From the NCBI GenBank assembly GCA_951804945.1, contig OX638154.1:52886001-52950000 (forward strand): DNA of 64,000 nucleotides, read 5' to 3'. Both the position numbers and the translations under genes were made by a program. The stretch's first letter is position 1; each line of letters begins with the position of its first letter. Source of the DNA: Podarcis cretensis (lineage: Eukaryota). The notes beneath the pieces are model-generated. The model was not told where the DNA came from and ran no database searches. It was given only the letters and a program-made list of their open reading frames with translations. Below, piece after piece: positions 13,301 to 38,553 of the stretch.

Positions 13301-14160
13301 CTACAATCCTACACACATTTGTCTTAGTAACTTCAACAGGACTTAACTCCTATTTCAGGGCAAAAATGAACTGGTTTGATCTGTAAGCACATGAACTAAA
13401 GTCCATCTGGTTGAAGTCCAAATCTGACATCCAGTGTATCAGAAAGAATAAGACATTAAAACACAAGACCATGATGCCCATTTTGTATTATTCAGCATAA
13501 ATGCATCTGCAAACATTAGAAAGCCCAATTTTTAATTAAAGGCTACAGAGTGATTCCTGGAATTAGATTTCAGTCTCTTTTTCTATAGGTGTGCAAACAG
13601 CTCAGTTCTTCCACTCTGACAATATTGTGGGAAAGAGCAGTAAAATGAATTGCATTCAACAAAGGTGGCAATATAGGGGTTTTGTTATTAACAGATAAAG
13701 TATGAATGCACTACCTGTAAAATCTATTTGAGAGAAGCCTTAAAATCTCCTAATACCACATCTGCAGCTAGGGCAACTGAGGGACTATTTATATTTAAGG
13801 CTTTAAAACCCTTATTCTTCAGGAGTCTCACTAAAGGTTTAGATCTAGTTGCCTATTATTTCTGAGTCACCTAGCTTGTTATCATCTTAAACACTTTAGC
13901 ACATATCAAACAGCAACATGTTTTCCTCTCCAGTTATTTCCCCCAGTACACAGTTATGAACTGGGGGCAAAATACCCTGAGCTATTGACCCATTGATAGG
14001 GGAGACACATGGAAACTGACACCAAGATAGGTAAATCCACCCATTTGAAACATAGTAATTAGCTACAGCAGCTCGGCTAGAACTTCAGTCAATAACCTTC
14101 ACTGTTTTAAGCATTTCTACAATGGACACATGATCAAGTTAATGTAAAATTGATTAGATA

Positions 14161-14391
14161 CAGTGGTGCCTCGCAAGACGAAATTAATCCGTTCCGCGAG
14201 TCTCTTCGTCTTGCGGTTTTTTCGTCTTGCGAAGCACGGCTATTAGCGGCTTAGCGGTCAGAAGACATCTTAAGGCAGCCCTGTTCAGGGAAGTTTTTAA
14301 CGTGTGATATTTTACTGTATTTTTGGTTTTTATGGAAGCCGCCCAGAGTGGCTGGGGAGGCCCAGCCAGATGGGCAGGGTATAAATAATAA

Positions 14392-14439
<48 letters not shown>

Positions 14440-14620
14440 GGCTTAGCGGCTATTAACAGCTTAGCGGCTTTAAGAAAAAGGAAAGAAACTCGCAAGACAT
14501 TTTGTCTTGCGAAGCAAGCTCATAGGGTAATTTGTCTTGCGGAACGACTCAAAAACGGAAAACTCTTTCGTCTTGCGCGTTTTTTGTCTTGCGAGGCATT
14601 CGTCTTGCGAGGTACCACTG
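14161..14620. mobile_element. Tc1/mariner MITE, family B, interrupted by an L2 3' end
   Basis: TA|CAGTGGTGCCTCGCAAGACG ... CGTCTTGCGAGGTACCACTG|TA; uninterrupted relative at 56185-56497. Confidence 0.92.
14259..14437 (+). mobile_element. L2 LINE extreme 3' fragment with (ATT)n tail
   Basis: Near-identical to 34872-35005, the end of the longer L2 copy. Confidence 0.92.
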
Positions 14621-15274
14621 TATTGAAAACTTTCTAGCCACCTCTGTACTCACAAGACAAGACAGCAAAGAATGTTTCACCACCCCACCTCCGTACTGTT
14701 ACCAAAGTTATAGCAAGTTTTCCTGGATCAATATGGAATAAAAGAGTGTGATTTCATAAATGCAGAAGACAGATCCAGAAAAGAGATAGGCACAACTTTA
14801 GACATGTCCTTTTAATTCTGTGTTATAGTCTATAGCTTAGTTGATAATATGAAGTCACTAGCCTGGCTTTAACTCACAAGAAGCCTCCTCCTATCCTCAG
14901 CTAAAAAGTACTTGGTCACAAGGCAAGTATAAGAGAGAGAAAAGCAGCCCAGAGATGGTGGTGGGTCAACTAACTGCAGAGTTGTATACAGCAGCACAGA
15001 AAGGAACTGATTTTGCTTCACTAGGTGAAACCTTGAAGAGGTGGAAGAAGTTAATGGAAAGATGAAATGAACATCGGCAGGGTTCTACATTTAAATTCTA
15101 CATACATCAAAACACAAAATTTTATATCTGCCAGAGGTACACTTGAGAGCCAGTGCTTACTAAAATCTGAGAAACCAAACAGGAAGCTATGTAAGATTTC
15201 AAACAGTTAGGGACGGGCTTCAGCAACCAGTACAGGTCCTTGCTCCCCATGATCAGGAGAAGCAGGATAAAATA

Positions 15275-15540
15275 CAGCAGACCCTTGGGTTACGTTATCT
15301 TCGGGTAACGTAACTTTTGGGTTGCGAATGCAGCAAACCCGGAAGTGTATACTTCCGGATTTCGCTGCGCGCGCATGCACAAAAACGCTCTACGCACCTC
15401 ATGCATGCGCAGAAGTGCTCTGCACACTGCACACAGAAGTGCTCTATCGCACTGTGTGTGCGCGCAGAAGCGGCGCCTCATGTTGCGGACTTTTCGGGGT
15501 ACATAAGGACGAATTAAGTTCGTATCCAGAGGGTCCACTG
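15275..15540. mobile_element. Tc1/mariner MITE with internal GCAGAAGTGCTCT-type repeats
   Basis: TA|CAGCAGACCCT ... AGGGTCCACTG|TA; ~400 nt beyond the TMEM53 stop. Confidence 0.8.
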
Positions 15541-15937
15541 TATACACTGTATATCAAATGAGTGTATGCAAAAGTGTATACTTAAATAAAAGTTGCAGAA
15601 TTTCGTTTTTCTTAGCTCGAAAGTGTGCATGTTTAAATGCACAGATAACACACAGCCTATTAGAGTACTTTCCAAAGCCCATGAGCCAAAGTCAAGAAGA
15701 ATGAAGATATTGCAAAATGCATCAGTGTGGGTTTGCTCATATTTATCCTACAGTCCCACTCTCTGCTACTCAGCTATATGACAATTTCAGACATTCAGAT
15801 TCTGAGAAATACTTTGGCTTGCATTAGTAAGAGGCAGCAACAGAATTTTATCAAAAGCAATGATGAACGGTTTAGAGTATAATATTAGTGGGAGAACAGG
15901 CAGATACTAATACCTTCACAACAGCCACCAAATGAGC

Positions 15938-16594
15938 CTAAGTGCTCCCAATGCAATTATACATAAAGGAGGTGCAATGAGTTGTGTATAAGGTGGGATA
16001 TGCTCGCAGGTGGCTGACATGATCAGTGTCCACAAAGTCCACAGCCTTAACAAGGACCTGATGCTGCTTCCGAGCCTCTATCATATTCTCCACATCACTT
16101 GCTTGAATAACAGAATCCGCCTTGGAGTAGAGGTATAGCTCAGGCCATCTAGAGAGTTGCTTCAACATGGCATCATAGTGGCTCTCATGTACAAAACGGG
16201 TCACAGGATACAGTACCATCCGCCATGTCACCACCAGAACTGCAAATGTCAGTAAAAGGGCATACTTAACACATACATTGTATGACGATAGGACAACTGA
16301 GAGGGCACCAAGCGCACCCCGCAGATTCTTCCTGCCAGGAGCACTGTCAAACACAGTACCCACCACCCTTAGATGCTGGAACTGCTGGTGAGTGTGAAGA
16401 AGCTCCACAATGTAGCGGTACAGCATGACACCTCCATTGCTGAAGACATGAAAGAGCAGGGGCTTCGTCTCTACTTTGTAGTCAAAGAGGAGCTCCAGCA
16501 GCTTCTTTGCCAAGTTCTGCAAGGAATTTATACCCAAGGATTCTGAAAAGAAAACCAATCTCCAAGGAGCTGTATAGCGGATCACTACACATCC
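15938..16594 (-). CDS. TMEM53: TMEM53 coding exon 3 ([11 protein letters not shown]...MYNCIGST*)
   Basis: cctcacag acceptor; forms the 3' part of ORF 15938..16687. Confidence 0.97.
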   Translation of the reverse strand, partial: GCVVIRYTAPWRLVFFSESLGINSLQNLAKKLLELLFDYKVETKPLLFHVFSNGGVMLYRYIVELLHTHQQFQHLRVVGTVFDSAPGRKNLRGALGALSVVLSSYNVCVKYALLLTFAVLVVTWRMVLYPVTRFVHESHYDAMLKQLSRWPELYLYSKADSVIQASDVENMIEARKQHQVLVKAVDFVDTDHVSHLRAYPTLYTTHCTSFMYNCIGST

Positions 16595-18370
16595 CTGTGA
16601 GGAATACACAAGTTTTAGTGTGTGCCATACAGTAAAAAGAACAAGAATTGGACAAGGTGTGCCAAGAAAAATATTCATATACTGCATATTTGAGAATTGC
16701 TCTCAATTTTCACTTCAGGAAATGGAAACATCTTAAAAGCAATACTCCTATATAGACTAGCAATTAGGTACATGTTAGGTTATCGCAAAGGGTGAGTCCT
16801 GAGGAATGAGTAACAAACTAAATTACCTGCAGTGGACTACAGTGATGGGCAAATGAAGCTCTTTCATTTCAAGTCAGTGACTCATCCAAAAAAACCTTAA
16901 CTCCAGTCACAAATCCCATACTTGTCAGCTGACATGCTTATAGCGTGTTTTATACCAGTGTTTGAGCAAGAGAGTGGAAAGGAATCCATTATGGCCCAAA
17001 TGGCTATAACAGCAGGGGGAGAGAGACAACTGCTCAGTCTCCCTGCCTTTAACATGGAAACCACATTTCAGTCTAAAACATCTATTATCAGAAAGAAATA
17101 AAGTGAACATCAGACAGGACCTCAGTTAATTTTCAGAATCTTTGAAGAGCTAGGCAATAAATAGAAAATAGTAGGCTTTTGAATGTCCCCTAGAATACAT
17201 TTTAAAGAGGATGCCAAGCAAACTTCTTAAGCTAAAGTTGCTACCAAAACCAAACACTTCAAATATTCCCAAGCTTTCTGTTAACATAAAAGAGTTGAAA
17301 AAGATTTCAATCAGGCCATATAGAAAATTCAACTTTGAAATCAGTCAAGCTACTCTCTGCGACTTATTATGCATGTATGTAATTTGTATACCACCCTTCA
17401 TCTGAAGATTGCAGGGCAGTTCACAACAGAAAAATACAAAATACACAATAAAACAACAACAACCCAATAATCCCCCCTCCTATAACACACATTTTAAAAG
17501 CCATAGAATGTTAATCAGCCAAACGCCTGGTTGAAGAGAAACATTTTCACTTGGCACTAGAGTCTACTCTATGCAAGTCCTGGGAATGATCAGGTCAGGA
17601 AATTCTCACCCTAGAATTTTCACTTTTTGAGTAGTTCTTTTATACACAATGTTCAGGTGAGCCACATGCCACCCAAAGTACAAACCATCCAAGTGTTCTT
17701 GATGTATCTCTGGATTGGCCACGAATTGTTCTTTCTCTGAAGAACACTGCAATAACTGCAGTCAAGTAAGTTTACTACTCACCTCCTGAAGGTAGATGGT
17801 GCTGTATTTCTGCAGGTACCTATCCTTGCAGCCAGCCCACCCAAGCAGTATCACCACGGGCAGATTGCCTTTACTTCTCTTTGCAGCACCGGACTCTGAA
17901 AAAAAGAAAAGAAGATTAAATGTCTGTCTTAGTCTTAACGAAAGGACTACTGTGCCACCAGACACGCAAACTTTTGGGAGCTGCAGCCGCCTCCGCAGAA
18001 CATCCCTGCACTTGTCAGGAAATTCCTGGGTAAGATGTGCGCGTGCGCGCCGATTATTTGCGATTAATTCATACTTCCAAAGGCGAAGCGCCTCGGCAAT
18101 GGAAGCAGATTTCGCGGCCAAGCCAAAGGGAACGCTGCCTAAAATCAAACTCTTAAAAAAAACAAAACAACCCGACCCCACGAAGACAGCCCTCGCCTAT
18201 TTCCAGTTTCTAGCTTCAGCACGTTGGTCGGACCTTCCTTTCCCTCTCCAACGGCCGCTCCGCGAGTGCCGCACCAGCGAAACCTCCCAAACCCTCGCAC
18301 ACTCACCAGCATTTCTCTCCCGCGGCGTCGGGGGCAGCTCCACTACGCACCCCAACTCCTTGGACCCCAT
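15938..18370 (-). CDS. TMEM53: TMEM53 (transmembrane protein 53, DUF829 alpha/beta-hydrolase-like), whole gene; CDS complement(join(15938..16594,17783..17895,18307..18370)), 277 aa
   Basis: Translation contains [58 protein letters not shown], matching vertebrate TMEM53 as recalled; GT-AG introns with phases 1 and 0. Confidence 0.96.
17783..17895 (-). CDS. TMEM53: TMEM53 coding exon 2 ([38 protein letters not shown])
   Basis: poly-T/cag acceptor, GAG|gtgagt donor, 113 nt. Confidence 0.95.
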
Positions 18371-18560
18371 CCCTACGGCGGCTACCTCAGAACTGCCGCT
18401 TCCGCCTCAGCCCCACCGGAAATACCCGCCCTCTTCGAGTCGCCTGACGAATCAGGAGGAGCAGGCGAGAGCGCGCGCGGCCGCTCCGTGACCCCCACTT
18501 CGCCGGTAACCGGAATGCTGCTTAGCAACGCAGCGGCCTTAGCAACCGAGCGGCCACCCC
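17980..18560. promoter_or_regulatory. CpG island / bidirectional promoter of TMEM53 and ARMH1
   Basis: The most GC- and CpG-dense non-repeat stretch in the window; contains TMEM53 exon 1, ETS-like ACCGGAAA (18415), a GCGCGCGC run (~18471) and RFX-like motifs (18501-18546). Confidence 0.85.
18307..18370 (-). CDS. TMEM53: TMEM53 coding exon 1 ([21 protein letters not shown])
   Basis: ATG at 18370 in GGGATGG context; donor G|gtgagt; 64 nt, phase 1 joins exon 2 in frame. Confidence 0.85.
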
Positions 18561-19599
18561 TTTGCATATGCAGTACTGTATAAATACAAATACACACACA
18601 CACACACTCCCCGTTTTCGTCAAAAACAAAACAAAACCGAGCTGGGCTTCCTCGTTGACAGGTTTGCCAGAGGGTCCCCGCTGGAAGTTTTGAAGCAGCC
18701 CAGGAAAGAAGGAGCAGTGGAGGCTAGGGCAGTCTGTATATGGCAAGAGCAGAACGAGGGGTGTGTAGGGAATTGCGAAGGCTTCGAGACTGAGAGGGTG
18801 GTGGGCAGAGACCACGAACTGAGAAGCTAGAATTCAAGCCTGGGTCTCTGAACGAGGAGAGAAAGGCACTGGACACTTTGCTGCATTATTCGTTTATTCT
18901 GCACCTCAAATTCCAAAGCTGAGCTCCAGCAGAAAATCAGGGTGGGAGAAAACAAGCCCCACCCCACTCCGCAAGAACATATTTCTGGGGATGCAAAGAA
19001 GTTTTGCATTTTGTTGTTTATGTTTGCCCTGGCAGGGTTATCATTTGTTTTGTTTTGTTTTCCTAGCAGGATTCCTGTGACTTTAACAACTGCATGATGG
19101 AGTAGTTCAGACACTTGGTGAGTTGAACCTTAATGTCTTTCTGCAGGAAACTCATCACAAATCTGAACTACAATGGACAGCAATTTTTAGCTCACAGCTT
19201 ATCTAAATTTTAGGTTCTAGAGCCTACAGTATATTGTTTTTGCCAAGCACATCACTATGAAGGATTCTTGATTGGGTTGTTTTCATTATGCCTATTTTTG
19301 AATGGGTTAAGATGATTCTAATACCAGGCAGAAAGGATCTCCTTTGGGGAGTACTGTAATATAATTAGTTCTTTCAGGGAAGAAGAGTTAGAACACATTC
19401 CCAACCATTCCTACTTAAGAGTAAGTTCATTGAATCCAACGGAGCTTACTGCCAGGTAAGTGAAATTATGATTGCAGCCTTAGTTACTGGGAAAGATTTT
19501 AACACTGTGTGTATCAGATGTGAAAAAACAGAGAAATCAAAGGGATATCTTCTAAAATGATTTTAATTAGGTAACTAGGCCACTTGATATATGAAGAAG

Positions 19600-20290
19600 T
19601 TACTGTCCTTTGGCTAAAGTATGTGCTTTTTACTTTATGTCCTACAATTCATCAGGCATATTGATTGTACACTTCTGCTTCCATAGAGCGTTGGAGAAAC
19701 TGAGATTGGACTCCACTACATGGTTGGATCACTCTGTCTATTGGATCTTTAGTTTATATAAATAGATAGTTAGTGATTATGTGTATTTATTAACACTTCC
19801 AGGATCTTTATAAACTTGACATCTCATGAGAAATAGGAAAAACCCACAAATTTCAATAACTTTTTGAGACATGATATATATGACCAAGCCCATAAGAAAT
19901 ATTTTTAAGGTGGAGGAATTTTAAAAGCTTAAGTTGTTAGAAATTAACAAATTGCAAAAGATACTACTGGGACAGGTTCCTTCACTCAAGATGGGAGCCG
20001 GATAACATAATCAATATTCTGAGTGTTTAGAAGTTTCTGTTTTCTGATACTAAAGAATATATAAAAGCTTAAAAAGGACTGGTAGTTTTCCATTAGAATT
20101 CTGTGAGCACTTCTCAGAAGAACTTGTACCACATTTAACTCCATTGTTTAACAATATACTGAGGTGCCCAAGGTTGAAACTCCTGATATATGTAGGGAGG
20201 TGATATTAGTAGTTATCCAAAAGCATTTTGCCCCTTGGGGCAATCCTGTTCATATATTAGATGTGAAAATGTTCATATATTAGATGTGAA
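19600..20290 (+). mobile_element. highly decayed L1/Tx1-like ORF2 remnant
   Basis: ~20085-20160 reads FPLEFCEHFSEELVPHLTPLFNNI, resembling the pre-RT GPDGF..EFY motif; boundaries approximate. Confidence 0.5.
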
Positions 20291-23202
20291 ATGGAAGGAT
20301 TAATTATACTCTTATACATTTACACACCCTATATTTAAAGCATATTTATACCACTTTAACAGCCATGGTTTCTCCCAAAGAATCATGGAAACTGGAGCTT
20401 ACCCTTAAGTGAATACAGTTCCTAAGATTCTTTGCGAAAGCCTTATGCTTTAAATGAATCAAATGCTGTGATTATGACCCATAATCAGGTTGTGAATATC
20501 ATTCAGTTTCATGAAATGCCCAAAATCCTAATCATTTTTCTCTGGATATGGACAGTACATTGGATTGCTTGAAAAAGATTGCCTTAAAAGGCTTTCAAAT
20601 AAAATGAATTTTAGGGAATGTTTTGTATGGGCCTTTGGACTGAGAAGGAGCATTAAATCATGTTGCTTTTCTGTGAGGGGTCCGTAGCCACTGCTCTGAA
20701 AGAGATTAAACAGGTTTGCTCTTCCTGCGGACAATACTAGGTTGTTTTTGAAGAACCTGCTGCAGTTCTTGCCTGCTCTGCTCAATAACCTAAGAATGTA
20801 CAGTATTATTCAACCTTTAAATCACCTTAGACAAATTGGAACAGTGGAAGGAATTCAAAGTCATGCTAAAACAAAAGTTCCATCAGCACAAACATTTTTG
20901 CTTGCCTGATGGAAATACCTCTCCTCTCCATGCTGTTCTGGGCGTTCTCCTGGCACCTCCCCAAGCTAATTTGTGGGGATGCACAGGGGAGGAGAGGAAG
21001 AAAAGTCCCATTGCTTAGTTAAATCCAGCCCTTTAATACCCAAGGTAAAAAAAGAAATAGTATTTTGCATTGAAAGAAAATGTGTGGGTTCAGTGGCAGT
21101 GTTTAAGGCTCCAGATTACAAATAAGCTTAAAGACCTGAAGAATGGAAGTTTTGCTTTTATACTGTTCAACATTAAGGATGCTGTACATATTTTGAATGG
21201 CTGTTAAGGTCTCTCTTAAGGGATGTACAGCAACACTAAAATGGCAGTGTTTCCTAAAGTGTTAGATCTGTTTCAGATTGTGCTTATGGTTCCATTAAAG
21301 TGGTTAACAGCTTGGCAAAAATATTATATGGCAAGGCAAGAAGCCAAGGATTGCTAGATTTACTATGCATTAGCCAGTTAAGCATGGTGGGCTTCCTGTT
21401 CTGGATTTCACATTGGATTGCTATGCTGCTGAGTTTTGTGATTTCATTAGTTTGGTACAAGTGCCAGAAAACAAATATTGGAAGAAGATGGAAAACAAAG
21501 GGATACCCAATTACTCAGGTACTGTGGTAGGTTTTTCTTTCTAAATATAGACTTAAAACCTGGCAGCATTATATCCCTGACTTCATATGGGAGAAATGGA
21601 AAGAAAGGTTACCTCAGATATCTCCCCTCTTACTTTTTAAAAATCCTCCATAGCAACTGTGTTTGTAGCACTCAAATGTATACCCAATTGGCATCTTGGA
21701 TAAATAGGCAGTTTCTGTTTGTGGCTCACGATATCCTTGTACACTAATTCAAATGTCTACAAATAAAAAGGCTGGTGAGAGAGAGAGCTCTTGAAAATAC
21801 TTTCTACAGAATTAAGTGCTTTTGTCATTTAACAATATGTACACATGGCAGATTTCTCATGTTCTGAGTTCAGCACTTGAACAGGTATGTTTTTACCTCA
21901 CTGACATCCAGAACATATCTGTGCAGATGGCAAACTTGTGCCAGTCTCAATCTTTTCCAACTCAATCCAGAAGGCAATTGTGGGCTGAAGTCCCTATGTG
22001 TCTGGATTGCAGAAGATAGATGTGGAACATATAATACCTTTTGAGAGTTTCTCTGTGGCTGTGCCTTTAAAAATGCATTTTCCTTTGTTGGAAGCCTGAA
22101 TCTCTTTGTGTCAACTGTGAATAAAGGTAAACATATTCACAGTAGGTGGTGCCATTGAATCTTCAAATAAGAACATGATGTGGCCATGCAGCCTTCTCCC
22201 CTGTGACTGACTTCTGTGTATCAAGTGCTGCAGCCAAGTAGATGAAGATTTATCTTTAGCAGTCAAAGGACTCATTGCTTCCTAGAAAAAGGAGGGAATA
22301 TATGCCCCCATAAAAATATGGAGATGTTAATTTAGAATCAAACTAGCCATTGTTTCAGTTGGAAAGTTCTTTTAACTAGATCAGTGTAGAGGACACAGGT
22401 GCACAATATGGAGCTATAATTTATAGTGAATGTCCCAAGATGAAAAACAACTTCTGCCAAAACGCAAATATCAGCTACAAGGCTCACAAGTAAGATTTCA
22501 CAAATATTCTGTAAATCAAGTGAATGAGACTCATGTTTCACTTCTTCCTCTGAAAGGCTGCTACAGCTGTTCCCTTGTCAGTGCTAACATTTGTTATGGC
22601 TAATAACACTTTCAATCACAACTATTTGAGGAAAATTGATTTATTTAGAACCTTCTCTCCTGTGCTGAAAATACTCTGCCAAGGACAAAAGCTCCTGCAA
22701 ACCACAGGTTGTTAATTCCCTGATGGATTCCTATGCATGTCTCAGCACTGCTTCTTTATACATTTTTGAAGGGGCTGTAAAGAAAAAAAATGAAATAGGT
22801 AAGCTCTTCTTTATATTTAATGTTGCCTTTATCATAGCAATTCTGTAGATGTTACCCCTCAAATTTTTGTATGTGAATCAAATTTGAGTTTCATGTGCTG
22901 TCTATAGGATAAATAAGATTAGTGGGGCAGTGCTGACATAACTTCCAAGATGTCTGTGTTGAGTTTTTGCCTTTCAGACCGACCTACAGAATCCATTTTA
23001 ATTAGCCACTTTACCAAATGCCAAAATTTGGTAACTACAGAATGACACTGCTTGTTAAGCCTACATTACTGAAATACTTGTTAGTACCTTGACAAAACAA
23101 ACTAGGCTTTAATATGGTTCAAACTATGGTTTAAAACAAGCATGGTGACTTGCTTTAAATTACAATTTTAATGTGAGATACAAGGTGTGCCAGTGTCAAA
23201 GT

Positions 23203-23335
23203 TAGGCATAGGCAAACTCGGCCTTCCAGATGCTTTGAGACTACAACTCCCATCATCCCTGACCACTGGTCCCGTTAGCTGGGGATGATGGGAGTTGTAC
23301 TGAAACATCTGGAGGGCCAAGTTTGCCTATGCCTG
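23203..23335. mobile_element. palindromic hAT MITE (GGACTACAACTCCCA family)
   Basis: TIR YAGGCATAGGCAAACT; 8-bp TSD GTCAAAGT/CTCAAAGT; relatives at 38554-38739 and ~46700-46815. Confidence 0.88.
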
Positions 23336-23367
23336 CTCAAAGTAGATGGGGCTGGTGTATTCTCTGA

Positions 23368-35697
<12,330 letters not shown>

Positions 35698-36903
35698 TTA
35701 GTGACCTCTCAATTGTCCTCATTTATTGGGCTGTTGTTCATTTTCATCTATTTTTTTCATGCATTCTGTTTCAGGCCCTACTACCCATCCCCATGAGAAA
35801 AAGATGCAAAGCTCCAAGTGCCTTATGACAGGTGACTTTGAGTCCCTGTCCCCCTCCCTTTTCTCAAATCTGAAATCTACTTAGTTTGGTTATCAACCAC
35901 CAGACACATCAATTGCTCTAATTGTTCTTCAACAGCTGCCTTTGCAACAACATAACCATAGACTAACTTGTGTCATACTTATGAAAATAAAGAATAATCC
36001 CTTGTACAGCCACTTTGAGTTCTGAGGAGGAGACAGGATATCTATGTAATAAATAAAAACAGTACTGAACAACTAAATTTAAGTCTCTGTGATCATACAT
36101 ACCAGACACAAGACTTCACTCCAATTTGCAGGTTCAACTGAAACTGAAATAAATGAACATACAGAAGATACATGGGCATCTGGTTAGCCATTGTGAGAAC
36201 AGAATGCTTGGCCTTATCTAGCAGGCTGCTCTGCTCTTACACCGTGAACTCTAAATCCCCTTGCCAACTTATTTTTGTGCAGACAGAATGAACCCTAATG
36301 TAGTAGAGCATCCAGAAGTCTACCATAAGACCCACTGTTCTTTTCTTGAGAAATATTATTAAAGGCAAAACATTTACATGATTTGCAAGCCAAAAACAGA
36401 AACTGCCATTCTCTAGCAGCGCTACTGGGAAAGCAGCAATGGCTTCTCTAGTTATGCATTCAGCAATATAAACACTCTCTTGAATACTTCATAGCTTTAC
36501 AGATATATAAAGGGATTTTTGAAGTAATACAGCTCTTTAAGAGAAATTAAGGAGCAATAGTATGCTTAAGCCCACTGATTTCAGATACGGTTTTGTATAG
36601 GATTTGGCTGCTCTTTTCCTGAAGTGTACTTTAGCACAATGGATAGTATGTATGCTTACAGATCAGGCCTATCTACTTCATAGAGATGGAGATAAAATGT
36701 TGAAACTTCATATCAGTTGTTTCCCAACTCCTAGCTCTCTTCTCTTGGAAAGCATGCTATGCCATTAGCATCTCCTTAGCCACTTTGTATGCCTTAGATT
36801 TTAGGAATCAATTAACACTTGCATGCAGTAATGACACCCTAAATTCACTTTATAATTGGCAATGCCAGCAGACAAAATTAGCATCATTTGAAAGCTACAC
36901 TGA

Positions 36904-37285
36904 TTGTTGTTGTTGTTGTTTAGTCGTTTAGTCGTGTCCGACTCTTCGTGACCCCATGGACCAGAGAACGCCAGGCACTCCTGTCCTCCACTGCCCCCCG
37001 CAGCTTGGTCAGACTCATGCTGGTAACCTCGAAAACACTATCCAACCATCTCGTCCTCTGTCGCCCCCTTCTCCTTGTGCCCTCCATCTTTCCCAACATC
37101 AGGGTCTTCTCCAGGGAGTCTTCTCTTCTCATGAGGTGGCCAAAGTACTGGAGCCTCAGCTTCACAATCTGTCCTTCCAGTGAGCACTCAGGGCTGATTT
37201 CCTTCAGAATGGAGAGGTTTGATCTTCTTGCAGTCCATGGGACTCTCAAGAGTCTCCTCCAGCACCATAATTCAAAAGCATCAAT
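36904..37285 (-). mobile_element. RTE-BovB 3' fragment
   Basis: RVPWTARRSNLSILKEISPECSLEG...YFGHLMRREDSLEKTLMLGK...RRRGRQRTRWLD...VHGVTKSRTRL; (AAC)n tail. Confidence 0.95.
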
Positions 37286-38553
37286 ATATCAGACTTTTCC
37301 TCATAGGGTGTAAGCACATACCGTATATAAATAAACACACACACACACACACACACACTTGTTTAACACTTTGGGGAAGGATACTGAAGCATACCCACAC
37401 ACTATTTTGCTCTTGAGTAGTCCAAATAGGTGCAAATTTTAAACTTCACAGTTACAATGAAATGGCCCAAACAGTTTTGCCATTCTACTGATAAAATGCA
37501 AAAACTCAGAAAGGCAGAAATTAATTTTCGTTTCAGAACAGACTAACACTATAATTGATTTTATTCTGTTTATCGCCCTGAGACCTCTGGGTACAGGGCG
37601 GTATATAAATTCAATAAATAAATAATAATTGTAAAGATTTTTGTAGACTTTTTTCAAAATAATAGCCATCAGAGATAGTTTTCTTTTAAGCACATGATTA
37701 ATGCATAAAGCCAATAAAATTGTTTAACACTGACAGATTTCAATACCAGTGTTTGACTAGTTTCAGAAGTCATAAACGGAATTCTTGCCTCTACATGAAT
37801 GAAGACTATCACAGTCCAACACATTGACTTAAATAGATATGATTATGGTCATTGTCCATTTGCAACATTTATAACAGGAAAAGCCAGGAGCTGTGTACTC
37901 TCAGGTCTGCGTGAGAAAATACCCAGACCTCCCAGGGACTAATAACATTTGGTACTATATGGGCCTAGGTTGTTAAATTGCACACATGAGGGTAGTGTTC
38001 CCCTCCACGAAGCCTTTGAAGAGCAGCAGTTGAAATAGCCACAGTAGCTAAGGAGCGGAGTCCTTTCTATCCAAGTTGGCTACCTTTGTCTTGTCAGGCA
38101 GAGCGGCTGGGTGTAAATATTTTAAATAAATCCACAATGTTTTAAAAACTTTTATTTAAGCAGTTTTAACAGCCTTTATACACACATTGCACAGTATCCA
38201 TCACTTATCTCTTTTCCCGACTTCCCAATCCATCTCTCTTGTAGATTAAATTGTATATTGTACCCTCTAAGATAATCTCCAAAATACCTCCACTCTACTC
38301 TTCTCTTTAACTCATCCTTATTCCTTAGTTTTGCAGTCAAGGTTACATATTCTATCAGTTTGTTTTACCAAGTTTCCTTCCTGGGTCTCTACTTCTTTCC
38401 ATTTTTTTTGCATATATTATTCTAGCTGCAGTGATTGCGTGCAGAAAGATATTGAGTGCCTTTTTTGGAATGCCATCACCTATTATCCCTAACAGGAAGG
38501 CCTCTGGTCTTTTGGGAAATGTGAATTTTAAAATCTTTAATTATTCTTTAGAG

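Noticed and set aside
16595-16687. N-terminal extension of the 249-aa ORF
   Set aside because: Intronic; the exon starts at the acceptor before 16594
17796-18491. 231-aa plus-strand ORF antisense to TMEM53
   Set aside because: Low stop-codon density in the CpG island; no recognisable domain
20247-20291. 23-bp tandem duplication TGTTCATATATTAGATGTGAAA(A)
   Set aside because: Simple local duplication in decayed repeat sequence
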